A stretch of 64,000 nt of DNA from Octopus vulgaris (GCA_951406725.2 OX597828.1:69316001-69380000); one strand, 5' to 3'; counted from the first letter of the stretch, positions 29,469 to 46,000 are shown. Notes: a model not told the origin generated them from the letters alone. Program-made: numbers and translations.

Positions 29469-29579
29469 AGTGCTTGAACGATAACGGTTGACGATGAATA
29501 AAAGTAGGCCTAAAACGAGCATAACTAGGATAAGCAGCAGCAGAGAGATGATGCTCAAAGCTAGAATGGTTTTATAACT
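29469..29579 (-). CDS. Gene B TM4 exon: SYKTILALSIISLLLLILVMLVLGLLLFIVNRYRSST
   Basis: ttattattttacag|111 nt|GTAAGT, phase 0/0; hydrophobic helix followed by basic RYR. Confidence 0.82.
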
Positions 29580-29672
29580 CTGTAAAATAATAAACAAACA
29601 ATATACAATAAAAATATACTGAGAAAGAGAGAGAGCTGGGCTGTAAAAGGCAGTGGGTCGTTAGCCAACAAG

Positions 29673-30066
29673 AGCTGGTTAACGACACACTGCCTGTGTC
29701 CAATTATTATTTGCAAAGGGAAATTATCGTTCCCCTCTCTAACCTTACATGATGCACACAGACCTGGGTTTCTGGGTATTAACCCGTCATCAGCGTATGG
29801 CAATCACCAGCTAGCAATGAGAAGTTATTCCAAACGCAAAATATTGTATGCTTTTTCCAGAGCAGCGACAGTTTGTCACTGAAAAAAGCATATAGTATTT
29901 TGCGTTTGGAATGAGTTCTCATACCTGGCTGGTGATTGTCACACGCTGATGACGGGTTACTACACAGAAACCCGGGTCCGCATGTATCACGTAAGGCTAG
30001 AGATGGGAATGGTGATTTCCCTTCGCAAATACTAATCGGACACAGACAGCGTGTCATTAGCCAGCT
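29673..30066. mobile_element. Inverted repeat (29673-29823 / 29916-30066) carrying a hammerhead on each arm
   Basis: minus 29755-29799 catacg-CTGATGA-cgggt(taat)accca-GAAA-cccagg-TC-tgtgtg; plus 29940-29984 cacacg-CTGATGA-..-GAAA-cccggg-TC-cgcatg. Confidence 0.8.
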
Positions 30067-30766
30067 GGAGGAGATGTCTTCCTAGGGCTAAAAACAACAG
30101 TAGCATCGTCACCTATGAGTCCGCCACATTTAGGTGGTAAATATACTTCATAATTTCAGCTAAGAGTAAAATAAGAAAAACAATTAAATTGGAGAAAAAA
30201 ATTAAGTGAAATGTTTAGTAGATATTTCCATAGTCTTTAAATAGGTAAACGGTACATCGATCCCAGATTAAAATACGAGAATACAGAAAAATAGGATTAA
30301 GTGAGCACGTAGATATTTACACCACTAACGAACAATCCAACTTTAGAATTTTTTCCCCGCTATAAATTCTATAATCGGCGCAGCAGCAAAGAAGCATATT
30401 TTATTGCAAAATATAAACCTTTTTTGGATTCCCCCACCACCACAGATAGAACTACTACAAGAATTTAGAAATTTCCAACCACTACTGCTACGACCACAAC
30501 AGGTCACTTTTAGGTCAATTGACCATTAAAGAAGATTCCACAAACAACTTACTGTGGCACAACACTCCTGTACATTTCTTTTCTTTCTCCATCCCCCTCT
30601 TCTTTCCCTACTCCTACTTCCCTTCCTCCTTCATCTTTTCCTTCTCCTCCTCCTCCCCTCCTCCTTCTTCTTCTTCTCCCTCGGCTACTCCTGCTTAAAC
30701 CATCAATTCTCTGTATCCAAACTATTCCTTCAAGTTTACTACCTACCTACCAGGCATTCACAAAGG

Positions 30767-30833
<67 letters not shown>

Positions 30834-31073
30834 TATCTGAGGACTATGAAAATATCTACAAAACATTTCATTTATTCTTTTTCTCCAATTTAATTGTTTT
30901 TTCATATATTACTCTTAGTTGAAAAGACTAAAAAGAGAAAACGGTACTAAAATGTACTCCATGATAAAATTATTTTAGCATTTTCTACCTTGTCTTATTT
31001 TCATTATACATATCAACTCGTGTGCTACTTTTCTACCTTCTACACACACAAACACACACTCACACACACGTAT

Positions 31074-31114
<41 letters not shown>

Positions 31115-31272
31115 AATCTTTAAATTGTTTTAGCCTTAAAGCTGCAGTCAAATATATTTGTGTGTGTATAAGAGCGTGTGTGCGTATGCATTTACGTGTG
31201 TGAGTGTGTGTATGTGTGAACGTGTGTGTGTATATATGTATTCATATATAAATATATATATGTATATATACT

Positions 31273-31505
31273 TATTTCTTTACTACCCCTAAGGGGCTAA
31301 ACACAGAGGGGGCAAACAAGGAGAGACAAACGGATTAAGTTAATTACATCGACCCCAGTGCGTAATTGGTACTTAATTTATCGACCTCGAAAAGATGAAA
31401 GACAAAGTCGACCTCGGCGGAATTTGAACTCAGAACGTAACGGCAGACGAAATACGGCTACGCATTTCGCCCGGCGTGCTAACGATTCTGCCAGCTCGCC
31501 GCCTT
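31273..31505 (-). mobile_element. tRNA-derived SINE (ggcggcgagctggcagaa family)
   Basis: Same sequence at 20153, 47138, 56072-56655, 57758. Confidence 0.85.
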
Positions 31506-32265
31506 ATATACCACCCAGATGGTGCTATTAGGTTTGGCATGCCGGATCTAGTTTTTTCATTCGCAAAATATGCATTTTTTAAAAAGAAGTAAAAAATCTG
31601 AAAATCGGCTTTAATAATGCAGCCTTTCAGCTTCATTGCTGTGAAGTTATGCTGTTGTGGAGAAAAAAATTGGAGGAATAGATTACAGAGGTTTAAAAAT
31701 CGGAAAAAAAGTGGGTACTTTTAGCCAATAGCGAGACAGGAATTTTCTGCGTTTCGCGGAGTGGTGTCAACTTTAAGGTTGTACCCTGTGAAATTTATAG
31801 TTTAGCGTCTGTGAAATGATCTGTTCATTGTAGGTTTCTAAATAAACAGAAATACCTAATAAAATCAACATGTATCATCTTACTCTTTTTTTTGTCTCTT
31901 CATTGATTGTATATTATCATTATTTTTTAAATTTTGGTGTATTTATATATTTGTCTGTATGTGTTTACTTTATGAGCACTTCAGTATTATGTATACCTGC
32001 CATGTATTTATGTGCATCATTAACATATAAGCGCACGTGTGTGTGTGTATGTGTGTGTGTGTATGTGTGCGGGCGAGCGTGCTTGCGTGTGTGTGTGTGT
32101 GTGTCTGCATGTATGTTTATCCTATGAAATAGTTTTGTTTTAAAAATGGATATAAATCGCCCAGAATAATTAACAGAATGTATTTTCTTCGATATTCCTC
32201 GGGTTTTTCCCCTCCTTATCTCTTAAATATTGTCCCAGAAATGTAAACGTAAAGTTTGTACTTAC

Positions 32266-32277
32266 AGTGTAATAAAC
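32266..32277 (-). CDS. Gene B candidate 12-nt microexon: VYYT
   Basis: ctttactttgtcatttcag|GTTTATTACACT|GTAAGTAC; flanks homologous to the three 9-nt microexons. Confidence 0.7.
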
Positions 32278-32366
32278 CTGAAATGACAAAGTAAAGAAGG
32301 AGAGAAATAAAGATATGCAAATGATGATGATAACAACAACAACAATAACAACAATAATAATAATGA

Positions 32367-32407
<41 letters not shown>

Positions 32408-32439
32408 ATAATATTTTAAAAAGGATTGACGTAACTCTT

Positions 32440-34020
32440 CACGAAGATAAACAGTTAAGAGGAAGAGCGCGATTCGATTGTAAAAGATATTTTATTGGTT
32501 GAACGATATTTCGAAAGTAAGTCTGTCTTTGTCAAGTTCAAAATAAGAAGTGATAAGAATTTGAAATTATAGAAATTCAAATGTGAAGTATGAACGAGAG
32601 CAACTCGCGTCCGCACGTTGATGGAATGACATCATCAGTCTTTAAGTTTCACTTTTATAACAAGCGGAAAGAAAAAGATAGAAAAAAAGAAGGAAAAAAA
32701 GAAAAGAAAAAGAATATTTAATCAAACAATTTTGTATAAATTTGATGATATTCTCTTGATATTCTTTCCTCCAGGGCGTGATGTTAATAACCCGCAAACA
32801 TATTCTGAGAATATGCACTTTCAAATCTTTTTCAAAATTGCCGTCGTTTGAAACGAAATGTTCAGCAAGTTCTGTCAAACTACTGTTATTGTGCCTGACA
32901 TCGAATCTGTGCCCATTAAACCTTTTGTTTAATTGTTCTGTTGTACAACCAACATAAATCAAGTTGTGTTCCGTGCATTCTGCCGCGTACACCAAATCTC
33001 TACATGTCCTATCTTCCGTGTAAATCATAACATTTCTGTTATGATTCCTGATGGAATTCACTCACGTTGTTGCACAATGAACAGGGCTTACCTCTCTTGA
33101 AACTGTTTTTCAAGGTACAGCGTGCAGATACTCCAATATTCGTTTTCTTGGAGTCAGAAAGAGAGGTCAATAATTCTCTTTTATTCTTATTCCGTCAATA
33201 GGTAGCCGAGGAAATATCTGTTTGAAACGAGGATATCTTTTTGCCACATGCTAGTAACTTTCATGCAACACTTATGAAATGCCAGTTAATCACAAAAGGA
33301 ATTATGTCATCTATTGTATTCTTCTTTTTCTTGTATTGTGTTTACTAAAATTATGCGTGTAGGTTTGACTGTCTTTGCTAATATTAGCTATTTCATTTTC
33401 TATTTCCTTTAATCGTTATTCACTGTAACCGCGTTTGACATAATGACAAACAAAAGCATTTGCATGTTTCCAGTCAGTACAAATCCGTTTTATCCTAAAA
33501 AATTGGGATTTCGGATTTCACCGAATAAGATGGTGTGGATGATCGGAGCAGCGGGGTAGATAAATGTGGAAAGACGTGGGCTTGCAAAATAACTCTGTCC
33601 CTATTCTGCTTCCAGAAAACTAGACGTAAATTATATGTTGGACTTAAAGCCATAGCTTTTAGTACAACGGTCACAGAATTGCAATTCCATTAAACTATCC
33701 TGTGATCCTCCCCAGATAAAAATACGCCATCAATGAACCGTAACCAGAGTATTGGTTCATGACCATGAAAAGGATTTGAATGTCTTCAGTAGCTGTGTCG
33801 AATTTCGTCATAAAGACATTAGCGAAAGTAAATGCCATGGCGCAACCCTTCGTCTGGTGGTAAAATCTTTGTCTAAACTTCATTGTGTTACTTTGTAACA
33901 CAAATCTCAATAATCTACAGAGAAAATTTGATGGAATAATTTTGGCTGACCGCTTTTCGAAGGCATCCATGCAAGCTTCTACCCCTTCATCGTGGTCAAT
34001 ATTGGGATATAAGGAAGATA
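32440..34020 (-). mobile_element. Decayed Penelope-like retroelement (RT 3' part, GIY-YIG, pLTR)
   Basis: FYHQTKGCAM..FANVFM, WLRFIDG, LFCKPT, LVYAAECTEHNLIYVGCTTEQLNKRFNGHR; many frameshifts. Confidence 0.9.
32499..32541 (-). ncRNA. Hammerhead motif, U3-A8 core variant
   Basis: minus ttgaac-TTGACAA-...-GAAA-ta-TC-gttcaa, downstream of the GIY-YIG ORF; weak stem II. Confidence 0.5.
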
Positions 34021-34231
34021 TTTATTAATACAGACATGTAAATAATTTTTTATTATAAAATAAAATAAAATAAATTATTAGTACATGATAGTAAGTTACG
34101 AAACAATTGTAGTTGAATATGGAAAGCTAAAGGTGAAAAATTTTTACTCAACTTACACTTTCTGTATTTATAATTTATATAAATAAATGTACATTCACAC
34201 ATACACGCACACACGGACACACACACAGACA

Positions 34232-34272
<41 letters not shown>

Positions 34273-34480
34273 ACACACACACACATATATCGCTACACTC
34301 AGACATATATATTTATGTATGTGTGTATGTATGTTCTTTAGGACAGTCTTATTTTAAAAGTGGATATCAATCGCTGAGAAGAAATAAAGGAGAGTACTTT
34401 CTTCGATATCCTGTTCCTTTTTTTACCTTCTTACCTATCAAATATTGTCCCAGAAATGTGAAAGTAGAGTTTGTACTTAC

Positions 34481-34489
34481 GGTGATTGC
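34481..34489 (-). CDS. Gene B candidate 9-nt microexon: AIT
   Basis: ttttttttatcatttcag|GCAATCACC|GTAAGTAC. Confidence 0.65.
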
Positions 34490-34571
34490 CTGAAATGATA
34501 AAAAAAAAGAAATAGATAAATAAATAGATAAATAAATAAATAAATATATATATATATATAAAATGATGATG

Positions 34572-34848
<277 letters not shown>

Positions 34849-34857
34849 TAATAATAA

Positions 34858-37830
34858 AAGAAAACAAAAATACTCCGCAAATATAACATCACAGAAAAAG
34901 ATTTATCTGAGATAAAAGAAAAGCTGAAGCAAGATATATTTGCCAAAGCACAAAGGATCCGCCGGTACGAGAAACGCCAGCGCTTCTTTGAACAAAACAA
35001 AAAGTTCAACTCCAACCCCAAAAAGTTCTACCAAGAACTTGGCAAAAATAAAATAGAAATCACTGCAGCACCAACGGCAGAAGAAGTGGAAGAATTCTGG
35101 AGAGAAATATGGTCGGCGAACGAACAACCAAAAAAAAGAAGTATCAAAACAACAAACTCAGCATCTGAGCAACTTTGGACCCCCATAACCAACTGAAGAG
35201 GTCACCCAGGCACTGCAAAGACTAAGCAACTGGAAGGCACCTGGGCATGACAAGATCCCCAACTTCTGGTTGAAATATCTAACAGGAATGCACAAAAAGC
35301 TGGCTGAAAACTTTAACTGCATGCTAGCAGAGCCAGAGACAATGCCTGAATGGCTCACGAAGGGGAAAACCATCTTAATTCCCAAATCAAATGAGACAGC
35401 AAAACCAGAAAACTACAGACCAATAACCTGTCTCCCTACAATATACAAGGCATTTACTGCAGTGATATCGCAAAGGTTGAACAAGCACCTGGACGAAAAC
35501 AACCTGTTTCCAGAAGAGCAGAAAGGATGCCGCAAAGGCTCATATGGCTGTAAAGATCAACTAAGGATTAATAAAGCCATAACTGAAGACAGCCACAGAA
35601 AGAAGAAAGGCCTCAGTATGTCCTGGATCGACTACAAAAAGGCGTTTGATAGCATCCCCCCCACATGGATCCTCGAAACACTAGCCATTAACAAAGTAGC
35701 ACCAACCCTTAAAAAAATTCATAGGGCACTCTATGAATAAATGGCAAACCGTGCTACAGCTCCAAACAAAAGAGGGACTCATGAAAACCAAGGCCATCCC
35801 CATTAGAAGAGGAATATTCCAGGGAGACACGCTCTCTCCACTCCTTTTCTGCTTGGCACTGTCACCTCTATCTGATATGCTAAATAGAACTGGAAGCGGA
35901 TATAAATGTTACGGCAAAACGATCAGCCACCTTTTGTATATGGATGACCTAAAACTATACGCTGCAAATGACAAACAGCTGGAAACACTATTAAAGACAG
36001 TTCATGGATTTACCAAAGAAATAGAAATGAAATTTGGATTAGAAAATGCGCCAAAGTAACCATGAAAAGAGCAAAACTAGTTAAGAATAGTAACATCACA
36101 CTAGATAAAACCAATGAAATAAAAGAATTAGACGAAAGCCAAACTTACAAATACTTAGGAATCCATGAACTAGATTAGACACAACACACACAAATGAAAG
36201 AGAAAATAAAAAAAGAATATTATAGACGAGTTAGATCAATACTAAAAACAGAGCTCAATGCTAAAAACAAGATAATAGGTATTAACACTTTAGCTGTCTC
36301 AGTTATAAGTTACAGCTACAATATCCTTAACTGGACACTAAATGAACTGACCAAAATAGATAGGAAAACAAGAAAAATAATGACAGGATCTAGGATGCAT
36401 CACCCAAAATCTGACATAGAAAGACTATATATACAACGTATAGAAGGTGGTAGAGGCCTTATACAGCTGGAAAGCTACTATAAAATAACCACCATAGGAC
36501 TGCAAAAATATCTACTTCATAAGGAAGGAAATCTGATACAAATAGCGGCAAAACACAAGCAAAACAAAAAAATGTTCTCAGTATTTAAGGAAGCTGACAA
36601 ATACAAACAAGAAATCATGTCACCTAATACATATGAAGAAGAAGAAGAAGAAGAAGAAGAAGAAGAAGAAGAAGAAGAAGAAGAAGATGATGATGATGAT
36701 GATGAAGAAGAAGAAGAAGAAGAAGAAGAAGAAGAAGAAGAAGAAGAAGAAGAAGAAGAAGAAGAAGAAGAAGAAGAAGATGATGATGATGATGAAGAAG
36801 AAGAAGAAGAAGAAGAAGAAGAAGAAGAAGAAGAAGAAGAAGAAGAAGAAGAAGAAGAAGAAGAAGAAGAAGAAGAAGAAGAAACAAAAAAGCTATAAAA
36901 CAAATGAAATCCAAACTAAAAACAGAACAGCAACGAATCATGATCAAACGATGGCAAGAAAAGCCCCTTCGTGGTAAATACTGGACTAAACTAAATGCAA
37001 AAGAAATAGACAAAGAAAAATCCCAGCAATGGTTGAGAAGCTCAGGACTCAAAGCAGAGACAGAGGGATTTCTAATTGCAGCACAAGACCAAAGCCTCCC
37101 CACCAGGAATTACCAAAAACATGTAATGAAAAGAAACATAACAAGTAACTGCTGAATTTGTGGAGATGGACAAGAAACAATAAATCATATTATCTCTGGC
37201 TGCCCAGTCCTGGCTAAGAAGGAATATATTCACAGACATGACAGAGTTGGAACCTACATACACTGGAAGCTATGCCAACATTATGGAATAACAACAGAAA
37301 AAAGATGGTATAGGCACACACCAGAAAAGGTCACAGAAAACGAGAAAGCAACCATACCTTGGGATATGCCGATACACACAGATAGAGAAATTAAGGCCAA
37401 CAGACCAGATATAGTTGTCAGAGATCATGAAGAAAAAAATGCTTTCTAATTGATGTATCAATACCAGCAGATGACAACGTGTCTCTAAAAGAAATGGAGA
37501 AACTCTCAAAATACAAAGACCTGGAAATAGAGGTAACCAGAATGTGGAATCTAAAAACAGAAACAATTCCTATCATAGTAGGTGCATTAGGCATGATAAA
37601 AAAATATTCAGACAAATACATAACAAAAACACCAGGACTTACAAACACATATAACATACAGAAAATTGCACTACTAGGCACTGCACACATCCTAAGCAGA
37701 ACACTTTCCATACAATAACCATCAGAGCATCACAACAAATCACAGCACCACAACAAATCACAGCACATACCTAAGGCACACAGAGCTCCGCTCGGTAGTG
37801 AAGTGAAATCACGCTATAAAAATAAAACTA

Positions 37831-37833
<3 letters not shown>
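34858..37833 (+). mobile_element. 5'-truncated R4/Dong-clade non-LTR retrotransposon in (TAA)n, copy 1
   Basis: RT motifs NYRPITCL, WIDYKKAFDS, GIFQGDTLSPLLF, YMDD; CCHC/RHD and RPDIVV..IDVSIP..KYKDL restriction-like endonuclease; frameshifts; internal (GAA)n. Confidence 0.92.
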
Positions 37834-37900
<67 letters not shown>

Positions 37901-37935
37901 TAAATAATAATATAAATAATAATAATAATAATAAT

Positions 37936-37969
<34 letters not shown>

Positions 37970-38019
37970 TAAATGATAATATAAATGATAATATAAATAA
38001 TAATAATAATAATAATAAT

Positions 38020-38098
<79 letters not shown>

Positions 38099-38118
38099 TA
38101 ATAATAATAATAATAATG

Positions 38119-38820
<702 letters not shown>

Positions 38821-39216
38821 CATGAAGAGATCATGAAGAAAAAAATGCTTTCTAATTGATGTATCAATACCGGCAGATGACAACGTGTCTCTAAAAGAAA
38901 TGGAGAAACTCTCAAAATACAAAGACCTGGAAATAGAGGTAACTAGAATGTGGAATCTGAAAACCGAAACAATTCCTATCATAGTAGGTGCATTAGGCAT
39001 GATAAAAAAAATTCAGAAAAATACATAACAAAAACACCATAACAAACACATATAACATACAGAAAATTGCACTACTAGGCACTGCACACATCATACGCAG
39101 AACACTTTCCATACAATAACCATCAGAGCATCACAACAAATCACAGCACATACCCAAGGCACACAGAGCTGCGCTCGGTAGTGAAGTGAAAGCACGCTAC
39201 AAAAATAAAACTACTG
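38821..39216 (+). mobile_element. Short 3' fragment of the R4/Dong element
   Basis: Matches 37420-37833. Confidence 0.85.
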
Positions 39217-39226
39217 AATAATAATG

Positions 39227-39327
<101 letters not shown>

Positions 39328-39340
39328 TGATGATAATAAG

Positions 39341-39715
39341 CACAACTGTCACAGAAAAGCAAGTCCATTAAACTATCCTGTGATCCTTCCCAGATAAAAA
39401 TACGTCATCAATGAACCGTAACCAGAGTATTGGTTCATGACGATAAAAGGGTTCGAATGTCTTTAGTAACTGAGTCGAATTTCGTCATGAAGACATTAGC
39501 GAAAGTAACTGCCACGGGGGTAACCATGGCGCAATCATTCGTCTGGTGGTAAAATCTTTGTTTAAACTTCATTGTGTTACTTTGTAACACAAATCTCAAT
39601 AATCTACAGAGAAAATTTGATGGAATACTTTTGGCTGACCGCTTTTCGAAGGCATCCATGCAAGCTTCTACCCCTTCATCGTGGTCAATATTGGGATATA
39701 AGGAAGATATTTATT
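39341..39715 (-). mobile_element. Duplicated Penelope RT fragment
   Basis: FYHQTNDCAMVTPVAVTFANVFM; paralog of 33662-34020 and 44991-45362. Confidence 0.85.
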
Positions 39716-39920
39716 AATACAGACATGTAAATAATTTTTTATTATAAAATAAAATAAAATAAATTATTAGTACATGATAGTAAGTTACGAAACAATTGTA
39801 GTTGAATATGGAAAGCTAAAGGTGAAAAATTTTTACTCAACTTACACTTTCTGTATTTATAATTTATATAAATAAATGTACATTCACACATACACGCACA
39901 CACGGACACACACACAGACA

Positions 39921-39975
<55 letters not shown>

Positions 39976-40164
39976 CGCTACACTCAGACATATATATTTA
40001 TGTATGTGTGTATGTATGTTCTTTAGGACAGTCTTATTTTAAAAGTGGATATCAATCGCTGAGAAGAAATAAAGGAGAGTACTTTCTTCGATATCCTGTT
40101 CCTTTTTTACCTTCTTACCTATCAAATATTGTCCCAGAAATGTGAAAGTAGAGTTTGTACTTAC

Positions 40165-40173
40165 GGTCATTGC
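40165..40173 (-). CDS. Gene B candidate 9-nt microexon: AMT
   Basis: tttttttatcatttcag|GCAATGACC|GTAAGTAC. Confidence 0.65.
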
Positions 40174-40254
40174 CTGAAATGATAAAAAAAAGAAATAGAT
40201 AAATAAATAGATAAATAAATAAATAAATATATATATATATATAAAATGATGATG

Positions 40255-40519
<265 letters not shown>

Positions 40520-40526
40520 TAATAAT

Positions 40527-42497
40527 AAAAGAAAACAAAAATACTCCGCAAATATAACATCACAGAAAAAGATTTATCTGAGATAAAAGAAAAGCTGAAG
40601 CAAGATATATTTGCCAAAGCACAAAGGATCCGCCGGTACGAGAAACGCCAGCGCTTCTTTGAACAAAACAAAAAGTTCAACTCCAACCCCAAAAGTTCTA
40701 CCAAGAACTTGGCAAAAATAAAATAGAAATCACTGCAGCACCAACGGCAGAAGAAGTGGAAGAATTCTGGAGAGAAATATGGTCGGCGAACGAACAACCA
40801 AAAAAAGAAGTATCAAAACAACAAACTCAGCATCTGAGCAACTTTGGACCCCCATAACCACTGAAGAGGTCACCCAGGCACTGCAAAGACTAAGCAACTG
40901 GAAGGCACCTGGGCATGACAAGATCCCCAACTTCTGGTTGAAATATCTAACAGGAATGCACAAAAAGCTGGCTGAAAACTTTAACAGCATGCTAGCAGAG
41001 CCAGAGACAATGCCTGAATGGCTCACGAAGGGGAAAACCATCTTAATTCCCAAATCAAATGAGACAGCAAAACCAGAAAACTACAGACCAATAACCTGTC
41101 TCCCTACAATATACAAGGCATTTACTGCAGTGATATCGCAAAGGTTGAACAAGCACCTGGACGAAAACAACCTGTTTCCAGAAGAGCAGAAAGGATGCCG
41201 CAAAGGCTCATATGGCTGTAAAGATCAACTAAGGATTAATAAAGCCATAACTGAAGACAGCCACAGAAAGAAGAAAGGCCTCAGTATGTCCTGGATCGAC
41301 TACAAAAAGGCGTTTGATAGCATCCCCCCCCCACATGGATCCTCGAAACACTAGCCATTAACAAAGTAGCACCAACCCTTAAAAAAATTCATAGGGCACT
41401 CTATGAATAAATGGCAAACCGTGCTACAGCTCCAAACAAAAGAGGGACTCATGAAAACCAAGGCCATCCCCATTAGAAGAGGAATATTCCAGGGAGACAC
41501 GCTCTCTCCACTCCTTTTCTGCTTGGCACTGTCACCTCTATCTGATATGCTAAATAGAACTGGAAGCGGATATAAATGTTACGGCAAAACGATCAGCCAC
41601 CTTTTATATATGGATGACCTAAAACTATACGCTGCAAATGACAAACAGCGGGAAACACTATTAAAGACAGTTCATGGATTTACCAAAGAAATAGAAATGA
41701 AATTTGGATTAGAAAACTGCGCCAAAGAAACCATGAAAAGAGCAAAACTAGTTAAGAGTAGTAACATCACACTAGATAAAACCAATGAAATAAAAGAATT
41801 AGACCAAAGCCAAACTTACAAATACTTAGGAATCCATGAACTAGATAAGACACAACACACACAAATGAAAGAGAAAATAAAAAAGAATATTATAGACGAG
41901 TTAGATCAATACTAAAAACAGAGCTCAATGCTAAAAACAAGATAATAGGTATTAACACTTTAGCTGTCTCAGTTATAAGTTACAGCTACAATATCCTTAA
42001 CTGGACACTAAATGAACTGACCAAAATAGATAGGAAAACAAGAAAAATAATGACAGGATCTAGGATGCATCACCCAAAATCTGACATAGAAAGACTATAT
42101 ATACAACGTATAGAAGGTGGTAGAGGCCTTATACAGCTGGAAAGCTACTATAAAATAACCACCATAGGACTGCAAAAATATCTACTTCATAAGGAAGGAA
42201 AACTGATACAAATAGCGGCAAAACACGAGCAAAACAAAAAGCTGTTCTCAGTATTTAAGGAAGCTGACAAATACAAACAAGAAATCATGCCACCTAATAA
42301 ATATGAAGAAGAAGAAGAAGAAGAAGAAGAAGAAGAAGAAGAAGAAGAAGAAGAAGAAGAAGAAGAAGAAGATGATGATGATGATGATGATGAAGAAGAA
42401 GAAGAAGAAGAAGAAGAAGAAGAAGAAGAAGAAGAAGAAGAAGAAGAAGAAGATGATGATGATGAAGAAGAAGAAGAAGAAGAAGAAGAAGAAGAAG

Positions 42498-42529
<32 letters not shown>

Positions 42530-43515
42530 GAAGAAGAAGAAGAAGAAGAAGAAGAAGAAGAAGAAGAAGAAGAAGAAGAAGAAGAAACAAAAAAGCTATA
42601 AAACAAATGAAATCCAAACTAAAAACAGAACAGCAACGAATCATGATCAAACGATGGCAAGAAAAGCCCCTTCGTGGTAAATACTGGACTAAACTAAATG
42701 CAAAAGAAATAGACAAAGAAAAATCCCAGCAATGGTTGAGAAGCTCAGGACTCAAAGCAGAGACAGAGGGATTTCTAATTGCAACACAAGACCAAAGCCT
42801 CCCCACCAGGAATTACCAAAAACATGTAATGAAAAGAAACATAACAAGTAACTGCTGAATTTGTGGAGATGGACAAGAAACAATAAATCATATTATCTCT
42901 GGCTGCCCAGTCCTGGCTAAGAAGGAATATATTCACAGACATGACAGAGTTGGAACCTACATACACTGGAAGCTATGCCAACATTATGGAATAACAACAG
43001 AAAAAAGATGGTATAGGCACACACCAGAAAAGGTCACAGAAAACGAGAAAGCAACCATACCTTGGGATATGCCGATACACACAGATAGAGAAATTAAGGC
43101 CAACAGACCAGATATAGTTGTCAGAGATCATGAAGAAAAAAATGCTTTCTAATTGATGTATCAATACCAGCAGATGACAACGTGTCTCTAAAAGAAATGG
43201 AGAAACTCTCAAAATACAAAGACCTGGAAATAGAGGTAACCAGAATGTGGAATCTAAAAACAGAAACAATTCCTATCATAGTAGGTGCATTAGGCATGAT
43301 AAAAAAATATTCAGACAAATACATAACAAAAACACCAGGACTTACAAACACATATAACATACAGAAAATTGCACTACTAGGCACTGCACACATCCTAAGC
43401 AGAACACTTTCCATACAATAACCATCAGAGCATCACAACAAATCACAGCCCATACCTAAGGCACACAGAGCTGCGCTCGGTAGTGAAGTGAAATCACGCT
43501 ATAAAAATAAAACTA

Positions 43516-43518
<3 letters not shown>
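40527..43518 (+). mobile_element. R4/Dong-clade non-LTR retrotransposon, copy 2 (from segmental duplication)
   Basis: Near-identical to 34858-37833 including the shared premature TGA in the CCHC region. Confidence 0.92.
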
Positions 43519-43584
<66 letters not shown>

Positions 43585-43612
43585 TAATATAAATAATAAT
43601 AATAATAATAAT

Positions 43613-43646
<34 letters not shown>

Positions 43647-43696
43647 TAAATGATAATATAAATGATAATATAAATAATAATAATAATAATAATAAT

Positions 43697-43738
<42 letters not shown>

Positions 43739-43760
43739 AATAATAATAATAATAATAATG

Positions 43761-44978
<1,218 letters not shown>

Positions 44979-45752
44979 TGATGATAATAAGCACAACTGT
45001 CACAGAAAAGCAAGTCCATTAAACTATCCTGTGATCCTTCCCAGATAAAAATACGTCATCAATGAACCGTAACCAGAGTATTGGTTCATGACGATAAAAG
45101 GGTTCGAATGTCTTTAGTAACTGAGTCGAATTTCGTCATGAAGACATTAGCGAAAGTAACTGCCACGGGGGTACCCATGGCGCAATCATTCGTCTGGTGG
45201 TAAAATCTTTGTTTAAACTTCATTGTGTTACTTTGTTACACAAATCTCAATAATCTACAGAGAAAATTTGATGGAATACTTTTGGCTGACCGCTTTTCGA
45301 AGGCATCCATGCAAGCTTCTACCCCTTCATCGTGGTCAATATTGGGATATAAGGAAGATATTTATTAATACAGACATGTAAATAATTTTTTATTATAAAA
45401 TGAAATAAAATAAATTATTAGTACATGATAGTAAGTTACGAAACAATTGTAGCTGAATATGGAAAGCTAATGGTAAAATAATTTTACTCAACTTACACTT
45501 TCTGTATTTATAATTTATATAAATAAATGTACATTCACACATACACGCACACACACATATATCGCTACACTCAGACATATATATTTATGTATGTGTGTAT
45601 GTATGTTCTTTAGGACAGTCTTATTTTAAAAGTGGATATAAATCGCTGAGAAGAAATAAAGGAGAGTACTTTCTTCGATATCCTGTTCCTTTTTTTACCT
45701 TCTTACGTATCAAATATTGTCCCAGAAATGTGAAAGTAGAGGTTGTACTTAC

Positions 45753-45761
45753 GCTGGTTGC
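45753..45761 (-). CDS. Gene B candidate 9-nt microexon: ATS
   Basis: tttttttatcatttcag|GCAACCAGC|GTAAGTAC. Confidence 0.68.
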
Positions 45762-45843
45762 CTGAAATGATAAAAAAAGAAATAGATAAATAAATAAATA
45801 AATAGATAAATAAATAAATATATATATATATAAAACGATGATG

Positions 45844-45887
<44 letters not shown>

Positions 45888-45931
45888 CAATAATAACAAT
45901 AATAACAATAATAACAATAACAATAACGATA

Positions 45932-45993
<62 letters not shown>

Positions 45994-46000
45994 AATAATT

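Noticed and set aside
30553-30567. Possible 15-nt microexon ECCAT with GTAAGT donor
   Set aside because: Upstream sequence on the gene strand is purine-rich, so no credible acceptor
34157-34161. cag|AAAGT|GTAAGT in each duplicated unit
   Set aside because: 5 nt would shift frame and the acceptor lacks a pyrimidine tract
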